IMG/VR virus record: IMGVR_UViG_3300044825_001528
Coordinates: 1-54,068 of that record
DNA from: a virus
Taxonomy: Duplodnaviria; Caudoviricetes
Strand: one strand, 5' to 3'
Length of the DNA: 54,068 nt
Numbering within the stretch: the first letter of the stretch is position 1; every line of letters starts with the position of its first letter. Positions 11,147 through 20,692 of this stretch are shown here, one piece after another. The translations under genes and the position numbers were made by a program. The notes under the pieces are model-generated. The model ran no database searches. It worked only from the letters and a program-made list of their open reading frames with translations, and was not told where the DNA came from.

Positions 11147-14100
11147 TCAACTTATTAGTCGTGTGTATTCTAGTTCAGCTATTATTAATTGATTTTCAAT
11201 CTCCAATAATTGAGATCTTATATCATTCATTCTAGAAAATTGTTCCCCAGAAGTAGATGATTGAGTTTGAATATAGAGTTGATCCAGTTGTGTTTCTAAA
11301 ATTTGTTGTTTAGCAGTCAACTCCTTGATCTTATTGAGCACTACATTTTGTTCTCGTAGATAATCATCAGGATTTATATCTTTGGATTCAGTTCCAAATT
11401 CAAGAGGAGGAATAATTGGATTATTAAATAATTGTGCTGTTTTGGCATTTTCGGCAACAGTGGTTGAGCGCGCAGTTCCCTCTGCCAATACTGCTTGTTT
11501 TACTCCGCCTCCGCCTATTACTTTTGATAATATCTTTGCCACTGGCTGTGGAACTTTACCTAATAGATTTCCAACTAAATTATTTGGATCTACTAATTTT
11601 TTGACGGTATCTACAGCATTGGTTCCATTACTAACAATGTTAGACACCGACTTATCAACCAAATTGCCAGTTTGTGCTATATCTCCTATAGTTGAGCTAA
11701 CATTTATAGAAGATATTTGTGCATTGATTTGAGCCAGTTGTTGTTTATTTCGTCCTAGCAAGTTTTCTATTTCAATTACTTTAGCTTCATTTTCAGTATT
11801 AGGATTTGTTCTAGCGGCTCTCTTGGCACTGATTAAATCCTTTTCTAATTCTAATATTGTGTTCTGTTTACTGCTTAATGCATCAACAAGAGCAACATAT
11901 TCTGATGTAGTTTGTTCAGGTCTGTTATCTGGATAGTTAGGGACATTTGCTTTTAATGCTTTAAATGAAGCCTGTGCAGCAAGAAAATTCTGTTGAGCAG
12001 ATTGTTGAAGTCCAGCAAGCACTGACCCAATACTTTTAATTTTTCCGCCAAGTCCTCCGAATATTTTACTAACGCCTGCTCCAATAATGCCAGTAGCGAA
12101 ATCAGTGACACCACCGACTAATTTATTTTGCAGATTACTTACAAATTGTCCATTGGTGATACTCTGCGTAAATGTACTTAATTGAGATCCCACTTGAGAT
12201 ATTTGTGTGCTAATACTTGTTCCTATTCCAGATATAGCTGACTGTACATTGTTTACTACACTAGTCACTGTGCTAGCACCTAAATTAGAAGCAGCATTAA
12301 TGATTCCAGCAGTTTGATTTTGATTTCCATTTAATATTGATCGCAGACCATTGGATAATAAATTATTTGTCTCTGTCTGAAGACTTTGACTAATAGTAGT
12401 GACCTGCTGCTGTACATTGTTAATCAGTGATTGTGGAGTAGGTATTCCAGAAGCTCCAGTCATTAATACTTTTCCGGCTTCTGTAAATGATAATCCTTTA
12501 TCTAACAAACTTTTTGCAAACTCTGCACTGCCAGCTTTTATCGCACCACCAGTTTCAGCCTGACGAACTGATAGTCCAGTCAATGTATTTGGAATAGTAC
12601 CTCTGCTAGCAGCTTCACTCTCACTTAATCCACTGGCAGTAGCTGCCTGTTGAGATATCAATGCCCCAACAGTAGATCTACTTAATACAGTATTATTTTG
12701 ACTTACTACTGGAGCTACTCCACTAACGGTTGCTATTGCTGATTCTCTTGTTGGAGTATTTGGCACTGGAGGAACAGCAGCATTAACGGCCATTAGTGTA
12801 GGATCACTAGTAGTGCCAGCACTTGGAGCTACCTGTGAATTAATTTGTATATCAACACCCTTGTTGGCTCCACTATAGGGCTGATGTGTAGTCACTCTAC
12901 TAGCAATACTTACTAATGGATTGGGACTAGGATACATCCACCCAACTTGTTGACTGTACACTGTGTCTTCGTGCTTTGTTGGAGTTAATTCTGTGACATT
13001 ATCAGGTTGCGGGCCAACTCCACTGTTTAGATTTATTTTGAGACCATTAATATAGTTTTGACCTAGTAGAGACATAAAGCTAGCAGTACCAGAACTTTGC
13101 AAACTCATAGTCCCAGCAGCTTTCATACTATATTTTCCGCCGTGTTGTGCAGTGAAGTTGCCGGCAGATAGTAAACTCATATTAGCATCAGATTGTGCTT
13201 TTATATTAGTTCCAAACATATTCAAGTTTCTACCAGCGTGAATATTAACATCGCGATCAGCGTGTAAATTTATATCTCCCAGAGTTCTAACATTAAAGCT
13301 ATTACTAGACCAAATGTCTACAGTGCCCTCTTTACCAAGCTCAACCCAACTCTGACCATTACTGTGTATAACAAATATACTTTGTCCACTGTCGCTCATC
13401 ATAATCATATGACCAGCACTGGTTCTAAATCTCATTAACTGATCTTTGCCGGTAACAGTACCGTCATCCAATACTATTGAATGTCCACCAGTTCTGGCGG
13501 CGACCTGTAGCTTACTTTGATCTGCTGTCTCTGCTGCTTTTGCAATTGTAGAATTAGTATATCCCCCAGTATATATTGTTGATCCTGGAGTACTGATTCC
13601 GAATACTCTACTAGGAGTTTCTCGTTGACTACTACTAGTAATTACTCCGCGTATTGGATCTCTTATCAGTCCTTGTTTACTTAATATTGCTGCCTGATAG
13701 CTATGTACTGGTTTTGGTTGTGTATATATGGATGTGCTATTTCTTATGGAGTTATTAGCAATATTTACTTCGGATACTGGCAATATAGTGGCATCTGCAT
13801 AGGTAGTTGCTTCTACAGTGTTGGGAACGAATCCAGTAGCAGATCCAATAGCAGGAACCATGTGATGTAATCCAGGATTAGGAGTGGCTCCAATATAATA
13901 TCCCTGATCAGGACGACCATCAATGAATATACAGATAACGGTGGATCCTATATCGGGAGCACTTGCCCACATTCCATAGCTAACTGGGTTTCCTATGTAC
14001 TCTCCATACTTATTGTCAGATGAATTTTTACTATTCTTTTTTGGAATCACTGACCCAAACCAAGGGCTCATATAATTGACCCAAATCCAATCTTTGTCAT

Positions 14101-14275
14101 TGTCCGGATCTATTCCCCCAAAGTTTGACACATAAACCCTAATTCTCCCACTATGAACAGGATCTATATTATCTTTGACAATTGCCAAAACTGGATGATT
14201 AATTAGATTGGATTTTCCTCTATCATCCTTGTATATTTGAGGAGTTCCCTCGTATGATGGATAATCATTTGCCAT
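11147..14275 (-). CDS. gp5: Baseplate central spike, gp5/VgrG-like, with long C-terminal extension
   Basis: OB-fold start (IVKDNIDPVHSGRIRVYV, PDIGSTVICIF), then RTSAGHMIMMSDS and beta-helix repeats (GDINLHADRDVNIHAGRNLNM); Ser/Gln/Gly-rich and coiled-coil tail. Confidence 0.78.
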   Translation of the reverse strand: MANDYPSYEGTPQIYKDDRGKSNLINHPVLAIVKDNIDPVHSGRIRVYVSNFGGIDPDNDKDWIWVNYMSPWFGSVIPKKNSKNSSDNKYGEYIGNPVSYGMWASAPDIGSTVICIFIDGRPDQGYYIGATPNPGLHHMVPAIGSATGFVPNTVEATTYADATILPVSEVNIANNSIRNSTSIYTQPKPVHSYQAAILSKQGLIRDPIRGVITSSSQRETPSRVFGISTPGSTIYTGGYTNSTIAKAAETADQSKLQVAARTGGHSIVLDDGTVTGKDQLMRFRTSAGHMIMMSDSGQSIFVIHSNGQSWVELGKEGTVDIWSSNSFNVRTLGDINLHADRDVNIHAGRNLNMFGTNIKAQSDANMSLLSAGNFTAQHGGKYSMKAAGTMSLQSSGTASFMSLLGQNYINGLKINLNSGVGPQPDNVTELTPTKHEDTVYSQQVGWMYPSPNPLVSIASRVTTHQPYSGANKGVDIQINSQVAPSAGTTSDPTLMAVNAAVPPVPNTPTRESAIATVSGVAPVVSQNNTVLSRSTVGALISQQAATASGLSESEAASRGTIPNTLTGLSVRQAETGGAIKAGSAEFAKSLLDKGLSFTEAGKVLMTGASGIPTPQSLINNVQQQVTTISQSLQTETNNLLSNGLRSILNGNQNQTAGIINAASNLGASTVTSVVNNVQSAISGIGTSISTQISQVGSQLSTFTQSITNGQFVSNLQNKLVGGVTDFATGIIGAGVSKIFGGLGGKIKSIGSVLAGLQQSAQQNFLAAQASFKALKANVPNYPDNRPEQTTSEYVALVDALSSKQNTILELEKDLISAKRAARTNPNTENEAKVIEIENLLGRNKQQLAQINAQISSINVSSTIGDIAQTGNLVDKSVSNIVSNGTNAVDTVKKLVDPNNLVGNLLGKVPQPVAKILSKVIGGGGVKQAVLAEGTARSTTVAENAKTAQLFNNPIIPPLEFGTESKDINPDDYLREQNVVLNKIKELTAKQQILETQLDQLYIQTQSSTSGEQFSRMNDIRSQLLEIENQLIIAELEYTRLIS

Positions 14276-14280
14276 AATTA

Positions 14281-16635
14281 TTAAATCTCAGGAGTAGATC
14301 TGTTTCTATTAAATAAGTTTCGCAGGCGCTGATTAACAGAGCGATTATCTGTTCCACTGTTAAATAAATCAGGAAATCTGAATACTGGCAATTTTTGACC
14401 AGCAGACTGTCTGTTTGCGATAGAAAAAGTATCTTGTGTTTGAATTGGTCTTTCACCTTCAGCACGAAGCAATTCCAAGTTTAAACGAGCAAGTCTATTA
14501 GATTCCACCTCTGACTGATCTTCAGAAATTGGAGGAGTAGTTAACGCAAGTCTTCTGGTTTCAGAATCAAATTGATTTGGCGTTTCAGAACTTCTTTCCG
14601 AACTTGTATTGGATGATTCCGAAACTTCTCTTTGTTCAATCTCCGAATTATTGAATCCAAGCTCTTTTTCTGACACTATTATTGCATCAATCATTTGAGT
14701 AAAACGACCTTTACTTAAAGTACTGACTACTTTAACTATTCTATAAACTATGCCCTTAACTCCAGCTTTTTTTGCGGCCACATTTTTCTCATAGAAACTT
14801 ATAGAATCATTTACATCTAATAATCCATTACTTTGATAATCTTCAGCGGCTTTAAATATTATTTCAATGAAGATCTGCCCTCCATAGGGATTTATACTGT
14901 AACCATCTGTTCCGTACAGGCGTTGATAAAATTCACTGGAAAACTTTGCGGTGGCCGATATTCCCTGCGATAAAAAGTCAGGGTCTCCCATTATCGTAAT
15001 GTTTGCCTTTGCCAAGTCAGCAATATTATTAAGATTTGATTTAACATTTGACGCTATTTCACTTCCTCTGTTTATTTTTCCCTGATTCAACGAACTATTA
15101 GTTCCCCCTTGAGTGTATATATTGACGGCAGGATCTATATTTTGTTTGTTTGGATTATCATTAGTAGTACTAGTTGATTGTATTACATAGAATAATGTAT
15201 TAAATTCTGCCTGATAGCTAATAACTTCGGTGTTGAGTCCAGTAAATATGTAGTTATATTCTTTATGAGGACCATAATAAGCATTGGATCTGTTTTTGTA
15301 TAGAGTTCTTATATATGGAATATAATGCTTTTGAATATTATAGGTAATTTCATATACCCAAGTATTGTTTGTGTTATCCCATCCTATAGGAGTGGCAACA
15401 GGAATCACTGTATACCAAGTCAATTCAGTATTACTCTGCTTATCTCTAGATGCCGTCTCTATAGCCTGATTATTTACGGTGGTCAATCCTTTAGCTACAT
15501 AATCGCTTTTGGCAATGATATTATCAATGACTGACAGAACTGGAGTACCCTCATTAATCGCTATCTGTTTTTTAACATTGTTATAGGTAACTGTTTTTTT
15601 AGATATCTTAATATTTGATTCTTTAGTATTTTTAACACTGGACATTGGCACATTTTTTAAATCATATTCGTCATCATCCAGCAATGTAGAATTTTTTATA
15701 TCGTCATCTATAAAATTAATGTTATATTTGTTTGTTAACTTAATTCTGTTGGTATCTTTTTCGTCAAATTGTTGTTCATTTAAAATCTGAACAAGGCTAC
15801 GAGAACTACTAGTTCCACTAACAGCACTATTACCTAGCAGTGCTTCTCCCACGGTCCCGGCAACTATTTCGCTTTTACTTTTTATAGTCCCTCTAGTAAT
15901 AGAAAATGGTATCAATGATGGAATGTAATATGCTTCAAAATTATATACTACAGCTTTGCCATCTACTACAAAAGTGACTTTTGACACCACTAAAGAATAA
16001 TATTTTTGAAAATGTGCGTATTCTTTTGTGGTCGGATTTTTAGAATTGGTCAGATCGCTCACAGACATTAGATTTCCGTTCTCATCATAACCAAAAAATT
16101 TAATTCCCAATACATAATGTTGCTGGAATAGATTTGGTTTACTTCCTCTTTGCTGAACTACTGAACTTAAATTGTTTATTTGTTTAGCAGCTTCACTCAT
16201 TTTTGTAAGAAGAGTAAAACCCAATGGCTCAACAACTTTGAAATTAAATTTCGTTTCTATCGTAGGTCTACTTCCAGCAGGAGCAAATGATTCAAATACC
16301 AAGTCATCAATATAATAATCGTATCCAGGCCCTGAAGTTCCGTCACTTGTTAATTTACCATCATATGTTAGTGCTCGCAAATCAGTTTCACTTATTCCTC
16401 CGCTTTGAGCAACTATGAAATTTTCTTTTTCATTGGGTGCAAATCTCTCTTCCAAAGCAAATCTGGAAATACATTCTGGAGTACACATATACAATGTTAA
16501 TTGATATACATAGCTACTAAAGTCACTCAATGGATTATTTTTTCTTAATCCAGTAGTTAACATTGTATTATTTGAATTAGTATCATTGGATGATTGTCTT
16601 GCTAGAGCATCATCAGTTTCATTATATGGTATCAT
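14281..16635 (-). CDS. Baseplate hub protein (gp27-like position)
   Basis: 784 aa between gp53-like and gp5-like genes; NPLSDFSSYVYQLTL start, ANITIMGDPDFL and YRIVKVVSTLSKGRFTQ resemble contractile-tail hub proteins. Confidence 0.6.
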   Translation of the reverse strand: MIPYNETDDALARQSSNDTNSNNTMLTTGLRKNNPLSDFSSYVYQLTLYMCTPECISRFALEERFAPNEKENFIVAQSGGISETDLRALTYDGKLTSDGTSGPGYDYYIDDLVFESFAPAGSRPTIETKFNFKVVEPLGFTLLTKMSEAAKQINNLSSVVQQRGSKPNLFQQHYVLGIKFFGYDENGNLMSVSDLTNSKNPTTKEYAHFQKYYSLVVSKVTFVVDGKAVVYNFEAYYIPSLIPFSITRGTIKSKSEIVAGTVGEALLGNSAVSGTSSSRSLVQILNEQQFDEKDTNRIKLTNKYNINFIDDDIKNSTLLDDDEYDLKNVPMSSVKNTKESNIKISKKTVTYNNVKKQIAINEGTPVLSVIDNIIAKSDYVAKGLTTVNNQAIETASRDKQSNTELTWYTVIPVATPIGWDNTNNTWVYEITYNIQKHYIPYIRTLYKNRSNAYYGPHKEYNYIFTGLNTEVISYQAEFNTLFYVIQSTSTTNDNPNKQNIDPAVNIYTQGGTNSSLNQGKINRGSEIASNVKSNLNNIADLAKANITIMGDPDFLSQGISATAKFSSEFYQRLYGTDGYSINPYGGQIFIEIIFKAAEDYQSNGLLDVNDSISFYEKNVAAKKAGVKGIVYRIVKVVSTLSKGRFTQMIDAIIVSEKELGFNNSEIEQREVSESSNTSSERSSETPNQFDSETRRLALTTPPISEDQSEVESNRLARLNLELLRAEGERPIQTQDTFSIANRQSAGQKLPVFRFPDLFNSGTDNRSVNQRLRNLFNRNRSTPEI

Positions 16636-16636
16636 A

Positions 16637-16933
16637 TTACAGCCCCAATGTACTTATTAATGAATCTTTTGTTGGTATAAATATTTTTACTCCTTGAACA
16701 AAGTCAAATAGTGGGTCCTTTAATACATTTGGATTTCTTTGAGCAAATACCCACCATAATTTTCCATCGCTGTATAAGTCATAGGCCAGCAAATCAGGTC
16801 TTAAATGATAGGTAGGAGTTATTGTCCAATATACATCAGTTGGATTGAAGTCAACTGTTCTGTTAATCATCACATCTAAATATTGCTGATTAACTATCGT
16901 TGAATCATAGTATGGGCTAGATGTACTGTACAT
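16637..16933 (-). CDS. gp53: Baseplate wedge protein, gp53/LysM-like
   Basis: YHLRPDLLAYDLYSDGKLWWVFAQRN...IFIP; ATG at 16933 overlaps the upstream TAA (TAATG). Confidence 0.78.
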   Translation of the reverse strand: MYSTSSPYYDSTIVNQQYLDVMINRTVDFNPTDVYWTITPTYHLRPDLLAYDLYSDGKLWWVFAQRNPNVLKDPLFDFVQGVKIFIPTKDSLISTLGL

Positions 16934-18582
16934 TACCAAAATCCTCCAACGCTTTTCTTGGCTGTTAATTTCTTTCTAGTTGGCAGAAGTAAAGCACCAG
17001 TAGCGTATTCTCTCAAGCTGAAGTTATTACTCAAATCATTTCTAGTTACCACTGGCAGTGCCTGTATAGTTATTGATAGTTTTGATGGAACTCTAGTTAG
17101 TTCAGAAGTATTATCTACTGGTGTTCTGAATATTGGAGATGCTCTAACTCCTCCAGTATTTACACCAGTTCTGGACAGATTTAATAATCTTTGAACTCTG
17201 CTAGGAGGGCCTACTACTGGTTTATTATAAGTTGGAGCACCCTGTAATGTACCAATAGGAATTCTGGCATTAACATAATCTACATCTGATGGGTAATTCA
17301 AAGTAAAGCTAGTTATTACACAGGGATGATTATTGAAGGCATATGTTCCGTGACCGTTTATATAGCACAGTGGAGGAGGAATTCCATTTCTAGGATCATT
17401 ATCCTTGCCGTAGAACATTTTAGTGACGCTTCTGAAAAAATGTATTACAGCAAGCATATAATTAGCTTCGTAAGTATCTTGTGCAGTAAAGTCACCAGTG
17501 ATTGATAGATTCTCTACTGAACTATTTCTGTAGTTATAAAACTTATAATTTGAATGAACTATTTCGGTCGCATCATAATTCGCAGTATATGTGACATCTA
17601 CTTTTGGAGTATATGGGAATAGGACTCCATTAGTTGCTTTAAGCGGATATAACAATGAATTCTCAAATGTTATAGATTCATCCATATAAAGATAATTAGC
17701 CTCATTGCTCAAACTAATTCTAAATCGCCAATCAATGCCCTTGACATCTCTAGTCGCAATATTGGAATTTGTAGCCTGTTGAACTCCTCCTGTTATAGGG
17801 ACAACTGCTGGACCACCTGGCGTACCAGCTGGCAAATCAGTATTAATCCCTAGCTCACCAAGATCTGCCTGTTCTCTTGCTACTGCTGCTACCTGTTGAT
17901 CTACTCCAGTGAAGTCGTCAGATACAGTTGTTATATCTCTGGGAACTGGCAAATCAGTATTAATCCCTAGTTCACCAAGATCTGCTTGTTCTCTTGCTAC
18001 TGCTGCTGCTTGAGTATCTACTCTGGCGAATTCGTCAAATGGAGTTGTTATGTCTCTGGGAACTGGCAAGTCAGTATTAATTCCTAATTCACCAAGATCT
18101 GCCTGTTCTCTTGCTACTGCTGCTACTTGAGTGTCTACTCTAGAGAATTCGTCAAATGGGGCATCTTCTAGTAATCCTCCAGTGCCGGTCGGAAGATCTG
18201 TGTTAATTCCTAGCTCACCAAGATCTGCCTGTTGTCTTGGAATTGGGGGAGTTTCTGTAGCTTCACCGGGAATCTGTATTGTTGTTTCAACGATTAACTC
18301 GTTGCGTCGTGGTATAGTATCTCTAGTTAACGGAGTGACTTCTACAGATGTTGGAGGACTATTCGTCTGCGTGCCAGGTTCACCCCGCTCTGCTAGTTGA
18401 ACTTGCTGATCTACAGTCGCCACAGTTTGAGCCTGTGAAGCTCTTTGAGTTTCTGCAACCCCTACTTGTAATGGATCAGCAGATTCCGCAGCACTTTCAA
18501 GATACTGATTGGCAAGATTTAAATTCTCTTGCTGACCAGTTTTAACTAATTTCCAATCATCAGTTGTCTTTCTAATACTCAT
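16933..18582 (-). CDS. Baseplate/tail-tube initiator-like protein with N-terminal tandem repeats
   Basis: C-terminal GVLFPYTPKV...SITGDFTAQ...FFRSVTKMFYG...PPPLC...PCVITSFTLNYP resembles tube-fold proteins; N-terminal half low-complexity with 4 repeats. Confidence 0.6.
   Translation of the reverse strand: MSIRKTTDDWKLVKTGQQENLNLANQYLESAAESADPLQVGVAETQRASQAQTVATVDQQVQLAERGEPGTQTNSPPTSVEVTPLTRDTIPRRNELIVETTIQIPGEATETPPIPRQQADLGELGINTDLPTGTGGLLEDAPFDEFSRVDTQVAAVAREQADLGELGINTDLPVPRDITTPFDEFARVDTQAAAVAREQADLGELGINTDLPVPRDITTVSDDFTGVDQQVAAVAREQADLGELGINTDLPAGTPGGPAVVPITGGVQQATNSNIATRDVKGIDWRFRISLSNEANYLYMDESITFENSLLYPLKATNGVLFPYTPKVDVTYTANYDATEIVHSNYKFYNYRNSSVENLSITGDFTAQDTYEANYMLAVIHFFRSVTKMFYGKDNDPRNGIPPPLCYINGHGTYAFNNHPCVITSFTLNYPSDVDYVNARIPIGTLQGAPTYNKPVVGPPSRVQRLLNLSRTGVNTGGVRASPIFRTPVDNTSELTRVPSKLSITIQALPVVTRNDLSNNFSLREYATGALLLPTRKKLTAKKSVGGFW
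17831..18236 (-). repeat. Four in-frame tandem repeats (117, 117, 126 bp period) encoding (AAVARE)QADLGELGINTDLP
   Basis: Copies begin at about 17831, 17948, 18065 and 18191 on the plus strand, with mostly third-position differences in the core. Confidence 0.93.
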
Positions 18583-18599
18583 AGCATTGTCCTTATTAG

Positions 18600-18616
18600 T
18601 ATTTAGCTGCTAAATA
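18600..18616. promoter_or_regulatory. Back-to-back late promoters forming an inverted repeat (TATTTAGC-T-GCTAAATA)
   Basis: TAAATA on minus (18600-18605, toward the baseplate operon) and on plus (18611-18616, toward gp55). Confidence 0.65.
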
Positions 18617-18652
18617 AAGTAGTAGTTTTTGTGCCGTGATAACTTTTATCTA

Positions 18653-18680
18653 TTGACATAACAAAAAGTTATGTTATAAT
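18653..18680 (+). promoter_or_regulatory. Consensus sigma70 promoter for gp55
   Basis: TTGACA (18653-18658), 16 nt, TATAAT (18675-18680) with extended -10 TGn; 21 nt before the ATG. Confidence 0.8.
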
Positions 18681-18701
18681 ATTTTTTTAACAACGGAATC
18701 T

Positions 18702-19586
18702 ATGACACCAACAATCAAAAAACCCATCAATTATTTAAACAACAAGGATATTCTCAAAGAGATACACTTAAGCAAAAACTCATATTGCAGCTTTGTCAAT
18801 CCAGAATATCATCAATATGACTACATTGTGGATATAGACGACAACAGTGTTCTTGAGAGAAATTTGGAATATGCTTGCAGACCAGAAACGATAAAGCAGG
18901 CAATAGAGTGCAGAGCAGCACGAGAAAAACTAGAAGAATCAGATATAAAAAAGACAGATCTTATATTCAGAGTAATGACCTGGGATCATATACCAGTAGC
19001 TCCAAAAAAGCCCAGAAAATCAGTAAAACAGCGAACAGCCAAAGACATCTTTGAGTTTGAAGACGAAGAACCCAGTTTTGAGGATCTAGAAGACCCAGAA
19101 CTAGCTAAAGAGATGGGCATGAGCGATATGGTCCATATTCGTGTTAATTTCCCTCCATTTCAACATTATAAGTTTGATGACAATGACAATTTGATTTGTG
19201 TGGGCAAATCTCATTGGCGAGGAGACATTAACACTGGAGAATTTTCCAAAGACCATGGAGATGTCACTCCAAAGTTAGCCAAAATGTATTTGATGCTGTG
19301 CGAGAAGTATGCCATGCGATATAACTGGCGCAATTATACCTATAACGATGAGATGCGCGGATCTGCTATTCTTCAATTAACCTATGTTGGCTTGCGTTTC
19401 AATGAAGCCAAAAGTCAGAATCCATTCGCGTATTATACCGCAGCCATCAATAATAGCTTTAGACGAGTATTAAACTCGGAGAAACGCAATCAGAATCTAC
19501 GAGATGATATATTGGAAATGAATAATCTATCTCCAAGTTGGACCAGACAATATAGCGGAGATGGAGGACATCATTATGATGATTAA
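18702..19586 (+). CDS. gp55: Late-transcription sigma factor, gp55-like
   Basis: NYLNNKDILKEI start; RYNWRNYTYNDEM...RFNEAKSQNPFAYYT; precedes gp47-gp46 as in T4-like phages. Confidence 0.85.
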   Translation: MTPTIKKPINYLNNKDILKEIHLSKNSYCSFVNPEYHQYDYIVDIDDNSVLERNLEYACRPETIKQAIECRAAREKLEESDIKKTDLIFRVMTWDHIPVAPKKPRKSVKQRTAKDIFEFEDEEPSFEDLEDPELAKEMGMSDMVHIRVNFPPFQHYKFDDNDNLICVGKSHWRGDINTGEFSKDHGDVTPKLAKMYLMLCEKYAMRYNWRNYTYNDEMRGSAILQLTYVGLRFNEAKSQNPFAYYTAAINNSFRRVLNSEKRNQNLRDDILEMNNLSPSWTRQYSGDGGHHYDD

Positions 19587-19608
19587 CTTTTAGGTAGAAG
19601 TATTACTC

Positions 19609-19640
19609 AAAAGCCTTGACTTGAGTTCAAGGCTTTTGTT
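19609..19640 (+). terminator. Intrinsic (possibly bidirectional) terminator after gp55
   Basis: AAAAGCCTTGA-7 nt-TCAAGGCTTTT inverted repeat with T-tracts on both strands. Confidence 0.65.
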
Positions 19641-19674
19641 ATTGTAGTAATGTTATTGACTTCAAAGGATCTAG

Positions 19675-20691
19675 ATGGCTCAATTATTTCAACGAGCAGC
19701 GGTATTTACGGACCTACATTGGGGACTAAAATCCAATAGTGTTCAGCACAATATGGATTGCACCAATTTCATCAATTGGTTCATAAAGACAGCCAAGCAA
19801 AATGGTTGCGAGACATGCTTCTTTCTGGGTGACTGGAATCATCATCGTGCCAGCATCAACATACAGACATTGCAATTCGGATTGCGTGCTCTGGAACGCT
19901 TGAATGAATCGTTCAAGCATGTATATTTCATTCCCGGAAATCATGATCTGTATTACAAAGACAGGCGCGATATTCATAGTGTGGAGTGGGCTCGTCATCT
20001 TCCAAATGTCTCCATTGTCAATGATTTTTATGAAAAGGATGGTGTAGTGATTGCTCCATGGTTAGTTCATGACGAATGGAAAGTTCTGGAAAAGATGCAC
20101 GGTAAGTATCTATTCGGACATTTTGAGCTACCATATTTCTATATGAATGCTATGGTCGAGATGCCCGATCATGGAGAACTGCAAACCGATCATCTGTATA
20201 GATTTGAAACCGTGTTCAGTGGACATTTTCATAAACGACAGCAAAGAAAAAATGTTGTCTATATTGGAAATTGTTTCCCACACAATTACGCTGATGCTGG
20301 TGACGATGATCGCGGGATGATGATTCTAGAGTGGGGAAGCCCTCCCAAATTCGTGTCATGGCCCGATCAACCTAGATTTCGTGTGTATGATTTGAGCAGT
20401 GTATTGAACGATACTGACAATTTGTTGCAACCAGGAATGCATGTCAAGATCAACATTGATATTGATATATCATATGAAGAAAGTAGCTATGTCAAGGAGA
20501 CATTGATGCCAAAACATAAATTACGAGAAATGACCTTGATTCCTGCCAAAATAGATTTAGGACAGGATGATACGGACTATTCTAATTTGCATTTTGAAAG
20601 CGTTGACAGTATAATCATCAGTCAAATTGAACAGTTGCAGCAAGGATCATTTGACAAGCAACTGCTATTAGATATCTATCGTAACCTATAA
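19675..20691 (+). CDS. gp47: Recombination nuclease, Mre11/SbcD-like
   Basis: Metallophosphoesterase motifs DLH, GDW, GNHD, GHF, SGHFH. Confidence 0.92.
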   Translation: MAQLFQRAAVFTDLHWGLKSNSVQHNMDCTNFINWFIKTAKQNGCETCFFLGDWNHHRASINIQTLQFGLRALERLNESFKHVYFIPGNHDLYYKDRRDIHSVEWARHLPNVSIVNDFYEKDGVVIAPWLVHDEWKVLEKMHGKYLFGHFELPYFYMNAMVEMPDHGELQTDHLYRFETVFSGHFHKRQQRKNVVYIGNCFPHNYADAGDDDRGMMILEWGSPPKFVSWPDQPRFRVYDLSSVLNDTDNLLQPGMHVKINIDIDISYEESSYVKETLMPKHKLREMTLIPAKIDLGQDDTDYSNLHFESVDSIIISQIEQLQQGSFDKQLLLDIYRNL

Positions 20692-20692
20692 C

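Noticed and set aside
17831-18236. Repeat-spacer-like pattern suggesting a CRISPR array
   Set aside because: Periods are multiples of 3, the variation is synonymous, the spacers are homologous to each other, and it lies inside a CDS with no cas genes.
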